Positions 56,415-61,050 of a DNA stretch of 61,050 nt are shown here, in pieces (within the stretch, counting starts at the first letter, position 1; each line of letters starts with the position of its first letter). The translations under genes and the position numbers were made by a program. This DNA comes from Syntrophaceae bacterium UBA5764. GTDB lineage: Bacteria > Desulfobacterota > Syntrophia > Syntrophales > Smithellaceae. The notes under the pieces are model-generated. The model made no database searches. It was not told the DNA's origin and was given only the letters and a program-made list of their open reading frames with translations. The stretch spans positions 5,527-66,576 of the forward strand of contig DIEW01000042.1 in NCBI GenBank assembly GCA_002418825.1, written 5' to 3'.

Positions 56415-57197
56415 ATGTGCGAAGAAAAGAAATTTGCCGAACAATTGACAAAAAAAGCCGGCAATTTACTCATACACAAATTTAACCAAAAACATGTTAT
56501 CACCTATAAAGGTGAAATCAACATTGTTACTGAAGCGGATAAAATGTCCGAAGATTTAATTATCAATGAAATCGGCAAAAAATTCCCCGACCATGGAATA
56601 CTTTCGGAGGAATCACCGTTTATAGCCAGTTCTGCAAAGGTGCGCTGGATCATTGACCCGCTCGATGGGACAACCAATTACGCGCACGGTTTCCCCTTTT
56701 TTTGTGTTTCCATTGCGTTGGAAATCGATGGCATTATTTCTTTAGGCGTCATTTACGACCCTCTGCGCGATGAAATGTTTAGCGTCCTGCGCAATAATGG
56801 CGTTTATTTAAATGGCCATAAATTGAGAGTATCGTCGGTTTTTGAACTTCAACACAGTCTTCTGGCCACCGGATTCCCTTATGACATACGTAACAGTTCT
56901 GAAAACAACCTGGATTATTTTAACGCCATGGCTTTAAAGGCACAAGCAATAAGACGCGCCGGAGCGGCGGCTCTTGACCTTGCTTATCTCGCTGCCGGAC
57001 GATTGGATGGCTTCTGGGAATTAAAACTCATGCCGTGGGACACGGCGGCTGGTTTTCTAATGGTGGAAGAAGCGGGCGGCATGATTACTGAAATAACTGG
57101 CGGCAAATGGAGCGCGAATTCACCCGACATTTTGGCTTCAAACGGTCTGATCCATCAGCAAATGATTCAAGTGTTTAAATGCATCAAAAACAGTTAA
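56415..57197 (+). CDS. suhB: Inositol monophosphatase family protein (SuhB-like)
   Basis: 260 aa. Motifs: SEE, WIIDPLDGTTNY and WDTAAG. Confidence 0.85.
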   Translation: MCEEKKFAEQLTKKAGNLLIHKFNQKHVITYKGEINIVTEADKMSEDLIINEIGKKFPDHGILSEESPFIASSAKVRWIIDPLDGTTNYAHGFPFFCVSIALEIDGIISLGVIYDPLRDEMFSVLRNNGVYLNGHKLRVSSVFELQHSLLATGFPYDIRNSSENNLDYFNAMALKAQAIRRAGAAALDLAYLAAGRLDGFWELKLMPWDTAAGFLMVEEAGGMITEITGGKWSANSPDILASNGLIHQQMIQVFKCIKNS

Positions 57198-57561
57198 TGT
57201 TTCCATTTTCACATATAACCTTTATTAAAATTTTTCTGGTGCGGGGACCATCAAATTCACAGAAAAATATCGACTGCCACGTGCCTAAAACAAGGCGGCT
57301 GTTTTCAATCAAAACCACCTGTGATGAACCGACAAACGTTGATTTTACATGAGCGGCGGAGTTGCCCTCCATGTGTGCAATAATATCGCGGGGAACATCT
57401 GGATCGGCATTTTCATTGATGGTAATTGCCGCTGTGGTGTGCGGCGCAAAAATCACACATATACCGGTAACGACTTTTTCCTTGCTTACCGCTTTCTGCA
57501 CTATAGATGTAATATCAATCATTTCCGATTTATTATTGGTTTGAATGTCAATCTCTTTCAT
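57184..57561 (-). CDS. yjbQ: YjbQ/UPF0047 family protein (annotated in databases as secondary thiamine-phosphate synthase)
   Basis: 125 aa. APHTTAAITINENADPDVPRD ... LVLGTWQSIFFCEFDGPRTR. Confidence 0.75.
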   Translation of the reverse strand: MKEIDIQTNNKSEMIDITSIVQKAVSKEKVVTGICVIFAPHTTAAITINENADPDVPRDIIAHMEGNSAAHVKSTFVGSSQVVLIENSRLVLGTWQSIFFCEFDGPRTRKILIKVICENGNINCF

Positions 57562-57591
57562 TAATTTTTTTACCGAAAACTAATTTACTGA

Positions 57592-58230
57592 TTATTTAAC
57601 AGACTGATAGATATCGATAATAGCCTTAGAGGAAATTGTTTTCATGGCCTGACTCATGGCCTGACAATAACCGTACGGCGTCTGTTCTGTAAGTACTTCC
57701 TCATGGCAGTATTTTCTTTGATAAACCACGCGTCTATTTGTTTCTCTCTTCCTGGGGTCTTTGAGTGTTATTTCTATACAGATAGCGGCAATTTTACGAT
57801 CCTGTTCCACACGCAGGAAAAATTCCCCCACGCTCCCTTGAAGGACAAAACTGGCGTCTTCTGAATTAAAGCGGGAAAAAACTGCGCGAAAAAGTCCGCT
57901 CGTCTGCATATCGCGTAGCAGCATATCAGCAACCATATCCGCTGGATTTACCGCCCACCGATTATAATTAAAAAAATCGATGGAATGATTATCAGCGCGA
58001 AAAATCATATTTTGCGTATTGTATGCTGCCGCAATAGTAAAACGGTCGAGTCTGACCGTGAAATCAATCTGCGGAAATGATTTCAAAACGGGGGCCGGAT
58101 AATCCAAGAGATAATATTTTATTTCATATTCCGGTTTTCCCACGGAAACGCATCCATGAAAGAAAAAAAGCAGAAAAATAAAACAAATAAACGAGGTCGT
58201 GATTTTACCGGCCATAACAAACTTTTCCAC
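57592..58230 (-). CDS. ABC-type transport auxiliary lipoprotein (DUF330; PqiC/YmbA-like) of the Mla-like operon
   Basis: 212 aa with a signal peptide and lipobox (FFFHGC). It lies directly downstream of the MCE-domain gene. The family call is by context and size. Confidence 0.55.
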   Translation of the reverse strand: MEKFVMAGKITTSFICFIFLLFFFHGCVSVGKPEYEIKYYLLDYPAPVLKSFPQIDFTVRLDRFTIAAAYNTQNMIFRADNHSIDFFNYNRWAVNPADMVADMLLRDMQTSGLFRAVFSRFNSEDASFVLQGSVGEFFLRVEQDRKIAAICIEITLKDPRKRETNRRVVYQRKYCHEEVLTEQTPYGYCQAMSQAMKTISSKAIIDIYQSVK

Positions 58231-58245
58231 TTTCAGATATTTTTT

Positions 58246-58986
58246 TCATTCCATAATCTTCTTTGGTGGCGGTGGCCGCCGTAAAAATAATTCTGAAGGA
58301 TTTTCATTGATTCTCTCAGAAAACGACTGCAAATTTTCCATGGTCAAGCGGAAACTTTCCATGGCCCTGTCAATATTAGCCGTAGTTGATTCCAAATTTT
58401 TCATCACTCCAGTAGTTTGTCTGCCTCCGATAAAATTTTCGACCGCTAAAGTCGTTTCCTTTAATTGATCGGATAATCCTTTGAAATCAATTGCTTTGAT
58501 GCTCTCCATTATCTCATTTGTGTCTTCCAAAAAACGGCTTATTTCAGAGCGTCGTGACGGAATTACCGGGTGATCGGGCTCAAAATTGATTCCAAGCGCG
58601 CTGGATTTTTCACTATCTCTAATCTGATCTAATTCAATAAAAACAATCCCTGTTATGCCTGCCGTTCTCAACTGCGCTTCGACATGGCTTTGCAACTCGG
58701 TGGATAGGTCAACTTTCATCGCCACTTCAATTAAACGACCGTCTGGCGCAACTTTAATGCTTTGAACTTTACCCACATCCACGCCTCTATATTTGACGGC
58801 GGAATCAACCTGCAATCCCTGGACCGATTCATCAAAATAAGTCACATAGACAGATCCCTTCGTGAAAAAATCGGCCGCGCCAACCCATATAATAGTAATG
58901 GCCGCCATAACAGATCCGATAATGACGAAAAGTCCGATTAAAAATTTTGACGCTCTACTTGCCATATGCGTTATCCTGGTAAACAT
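58246..58986 (-). CDS. mlaD: MCE-domain substrate-binding protein (MlaD-like)
   Basis: 246 aa. N-terminal TM helix, then an MCE fold (VTYFDESVQGLQVDSAVKYRGVDVGKVQSI). The start is either 58986 or the internal ATG at 58965 (MASRASKF). Confidence 0.8.
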   Translation of the reverse strand: MFTRITHMASRASKFLIGLFVIIGSVMAAITIIWVGAADFFTKGSVYVTYFDESVQGLQVDSAVKYRGVDVGKVQSIKVAPDGRLIEVAMKVDLSTELQSHVEAQLRTAGITGIVFIELDQIRDSEKSSALGINFEPDHPVIPSRRSEISRFLEDTNEIMESIKAIDFKGLSDQLKETTLAVENFIGGRQTTGVMKNLESTTANIDRAMESFRLTMENLQSFSERINENPSELFLRRPPPPKKIME

Positions 58987-59749
58987 TCTCAGGCAGCTGC
59001 CTGAGAAAAAAACTACGTACCCGAGGATCTGTGGCTTTTTCTTTTAATTCTTGCGGTTTACCTTCGGCGATAATGCCGCGAGCGGTTTTATCTAACATTA
59101 CTACTCTGTGGGCTATTTTGCAAATGGATTCTAATTCATGGGTAACAATCACCATTGTCGTACCAAGAGCTTCATTGGTTTTAATTATCAGGTCATCTAA
59201 CTCCACAGCGGTAACCGGATCCAGGCCGGCGGAAAGCTCATCAAAAAAAAGCACGATTGGATCAAGCGCCATCGCTCTGGCAATACTTGCCCTTTTTTTC
59301 ATACCACCAGACAATTCAGAAGGGTAATGATTTTCATATCCGGCCAAATTAACCATGCCCAACTTCATTTTAATAATCATATTTATCATCGCGGAATCAA
59401 GATTCGTGTACTCCTGCAGCGGTAAAGCTATATTTTCCCCCAGCATCATTGAGCTGAAAAGGGCACTGGACTGAAAAAGCACTCCTATATTCTGACGGTA
59501 GTTATTTAATTCGTCTTCTGAGGCAGCGACAATATTTACTCCCTGAAAGGTGACAGAACCTGCAGATGGCTTGTGGAGTCCGATCATCATTTTAAGCAGC
59601 GTCGATTTGCCGCAACCGCTTTCACCTACAACAACCAGTATTTCCCCCTTCTTCACATGGAAGCTTACGTTTTCAAAAACGACGTTGCTTCCAAAGCGGG
59701 CGGTTAAATTTTTCACCACGATAATCGGTTCATCGCTTTTGATTTCCAA
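58955..59749 (-). CDS. mlaF: ABC transporter ATP-binding protein (MlaF-like)
   Basis: 264 aa. GESGCGKSTLLK, LSGGMKKRASIARAMA and LFFDELSAGLDP. Confidence 0.85.
   Translation of the reverse strand: MEIKSDEPIIVVKNLTARFGSNVVFENVSFHVKKGEILVVVGESGCGKSTLLKMMIGLHKPSAGSVTFQGVNIVAASEDELNNYRQNIGVLFQSSALFSSMMLGENIALPLQEYTNLDSAMINMIIKMKLGMVNLAGYENHYPSELSGGMKKRASIARAMALDPIVLFFDELSAGLDPVTAVELDDLIIKTNEALGTTMVIVTHELESICKIAHRVVMLDKTARGIIAEGKPQELKEKATDPRVRSFFLRQLPENVYQDNAYGK
58986..59007. repeat. 22-bp perfect palindrome TTCTCAGGCAGCTGCCTGAGAA at the mlaF/mlaD junction
   Basis: I checked it base by base: positions 58986-59007 are self-complementary. It lies inside the 3' end of mlaF and immediately 5' of (and touching) the upstream candidate ATG of mlaD. 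Confidence 0.9.
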
Positions 59750-59760
59750 ATTATGGCTCC

Positions 59761-60906
59761 CTATCTTAAATAATACAAGGTTACAGCAAATATTGAGTCC
59801 GTTACCACAATCAGAAAAATCGCGGAGACAACAGCGGAGGTGGTAAATTTCCCTACGTCTTGGGCGCCGGAACGTACTTTAAATCCTCTCTGACAGCCAA
59901 TGCTGGCAATAAGAGCGGCAAAAACTGCCGCTTTAATCAGACTGGTAACAATGTCAAATACTTTAATGGTTTTTATGGACTGCGAAATATATGTATTTAC
60001 AGTCAAATCAAGTCCGGTCACGCCGACGATCAAACCGCCTACAACACCGAAAAAATCCGAATAGACGGTCAGTATAGGAACAACAATTATCGCTGCGAGT
60101 ACTTTGGGAACGGCAAGGAAACGAATCGGATCAAAACCCATGGTTTGCAAAGCGTCGACTTCTTCATTCACCATCATTGTGCCAATTTCCGCGGCAAAAG
60201 CGGACCCTGAACGGCCAGCTACCAAAATCGCTGTCATAATTGGTCCTAGTTCCTTAACCATGGCAAAACTTACCAGCGAGGGAACATAGATGTTGGCACC
60301 TATCTGCTTCAACTGCAAAAACGACATAAACGCAATAATCAACCCTATTAACACACTGATCAAGCCAACAATCGGCAGTCCATCCACTCCTGCACGTCTC
60401 ATGTAAAAAAGAACATCATTGATGCGCAATGTACGCGGATGCAAAATAGTATAAAAAAAGGCAAAAAGGAGATTACCAACAAATTCAATTATTTCGATGA
60501 AATCACGCACAAGCTGGAGAAAGGCATCCCCTGTCTGGATGAGGAAAAAATCCTGCTTTGTTTTTGTTTTTAGTGGAGTCTTTATTAAAGCTTGCTCATG
60601 AATGACACTAAATATACGCTGCGCTTCGCCAGTTAAATTTACAAAAGAACATTCCATGTTGTTAGATTGGAAAAATTTTTGTATTTGAATCAGTGCTAGG
60701 GCGGCGGCACTATCCAGATAAGCAATCCCGGAAAAATCGATACTGGTTTCCTGCGGCTTTTCATCTTTCACCGTGGCATGAATCAAATCGGTAAATTCGT
60801 TTAAGTTTTTTAAGCTAAAACTTCCCGTCAAATAAATAAAAAGATGCTCATTCTTTTTATCGGAGGATACATTACAAAGTTGTGATAAATTTTGCTCTAT
60901 ACTCAT
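59761..60906 (-). CDS. mlaE: MlaE-type ABC permease fused to an N-terminal STAS (MlaB-like) domain
   Basis: 381 aa. Residues ~20-115 look like a STAS domain (IDFSGIAYLDSAAALALIQIQKFF...VNLTGEAQRIF). The remainder is a polytopic MlaE/Ttg2B-type permease. Confidence 0.8.
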   Translation of the reverse strand: MSIEQNLSQLCNVSSDKKNEHLFIYLTGSFSLKNLNEFTDLIHATVKDEKPQETSIDFSGIAYLDSAAALALIQIQKFFQSNNMECSFVNLTGEAQRIFSVIHEQALIKTPLKTKTKQDFFLIQTGDAFLQLVRDFIEIIEFVGNLLFAFFYTILHPRTLRINDVLFYMRRAGVDGLPIVGLISVLIGLIIAFMSFLQLKQIGANIYVPSLVSFAMVKELGPIMTAILVAGRSGSAFAAEIGTMMVNEEVDALQTMGFDPIRFLAVPKVLAAIIVVPILTVYSDFFGVVGGLIVGVTGLDLTVNTYISQSIKTIKVFDIVTSLIKAAVFAALIASIGCQRGFKVRSGAQDVGKFTTSAVVSAIFLIVVTDSIFAVTLYYLR

Positions 60907-61050
60907 GGTAAATTTTTTATAAATTTTACATTAATAGGCTTTTCTCATCCGTTTTAATTCTCAAAATAAGTAACGTTTTAACAATGTCTTTGTCAATCCG
61001 AATCTGACATCATCTTCATTATCCTTTTCACGTTTCTTTCAACCTTTTTG

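Noticed and set aside
57184-57561. The YjbQ-like protein seems about 15 aa shorter than typical family members around ...RDIIAHMEGNSAAH...
   Set aside because: This rests only on my memory of the family consensus. There is no frameshift or stop in the region, so it is not evidence of a pseudogene.
60993-61049. Possible C-terminal 19 codons of another minus-strand gene at the right edge (…KKVERNVKRIMKMMSDSD*)
   Set aside because: It is too short to distinguish from noise, and nothing recognisable is present.
1-61050. CRISPR arrays, tRNA/rRNA genes, IS elements, integrases, phage genes, toxin-antitoxin pairs, restriction-modification or other defence systems
   Set aside because: I found no spaced direct repeats, no cloverleaf-like sequences in the intergenic gaps, and no ORF with transposase, recombinase, nuclease, reverse-transcriptase or ATPase-defence hallmarks. 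Every ORF above about 180 aa has an envelope or housekeeping assignment, except the orphan at 33362-34162.

Overview
This 61 kb window comes from a diderm (Gram-negative) bacterium and is almost entirely envelope biogenesis. I cannot assign a taxon from sequence alone. About 58 CDS are supported, mostly on the minus strand and tightly packed.

Left to right:
- 1-1436: a truncated acyl-CoA ligase that is missing from the ORF track.
- 1576-4536: a GT9 transferase and a CapD/PglF-like sugar dehydratase.
- 4661-11076: pstSCAB fused without any gap to cysD-cysNC (PAPS synthesis).
- 11257-17473: a Und-P-type glycan block (phosphoglycosyl transferase, epimerases, GT2s, DUF218).
- 17541-34998: a strand-mosaic glycan-decoration island. 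It holds a WaaL/Wzy-like protein, 5 methyltransferases, 2 AT3 acyltransferases, an MBOAT with a DltD-like partner, further SGNH-like proteins, GT4, a GT2 fusion protein and a GT10-like transferase.
- 35078-35938: folD.
- 36223-54434: a ~18 kb co-directional outer-membrane array, waaC-gmhB-waaF-lpxL-lpxK-msbA-lpxB-(gnnB/gnnA-like)-lpxA-lpxD-skp-bamA-lolD-lolC-lysS.
- 54605-60906: ssb, rodZ-tatA, suhB-like, yjbQ and an mlaE(STAS-fused)-mlaF-mlaD-lipoprotein operon.

I found no rRNA, tRNA, CRISPR array, transposase, integrase or recognisable defence or toxin genes.

Nothing here is an obviously new self-contained system. The best leads are:
1. PAPS synthesis translationally coupled to a Pst operon inside a glycan locus, with no recognisable sulfotransferase.
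2. The heavily methylating and acylating glycan island, which includes an MBOAT/DltD-like/orphan-protein operon and a GT2 fusion with an unplaceable second domain.
3. A ~130-aa extra N-terminal domain on BamA.
4. Several unusual cis elements: an apparent ATT start, a 22-bp perfect palindrome at the mlaF/mlaD junction, and back-to-back divergent starts without Shine-Dalgarno sequences.

All family assignments come from motif recognition by eye, not from database searches.
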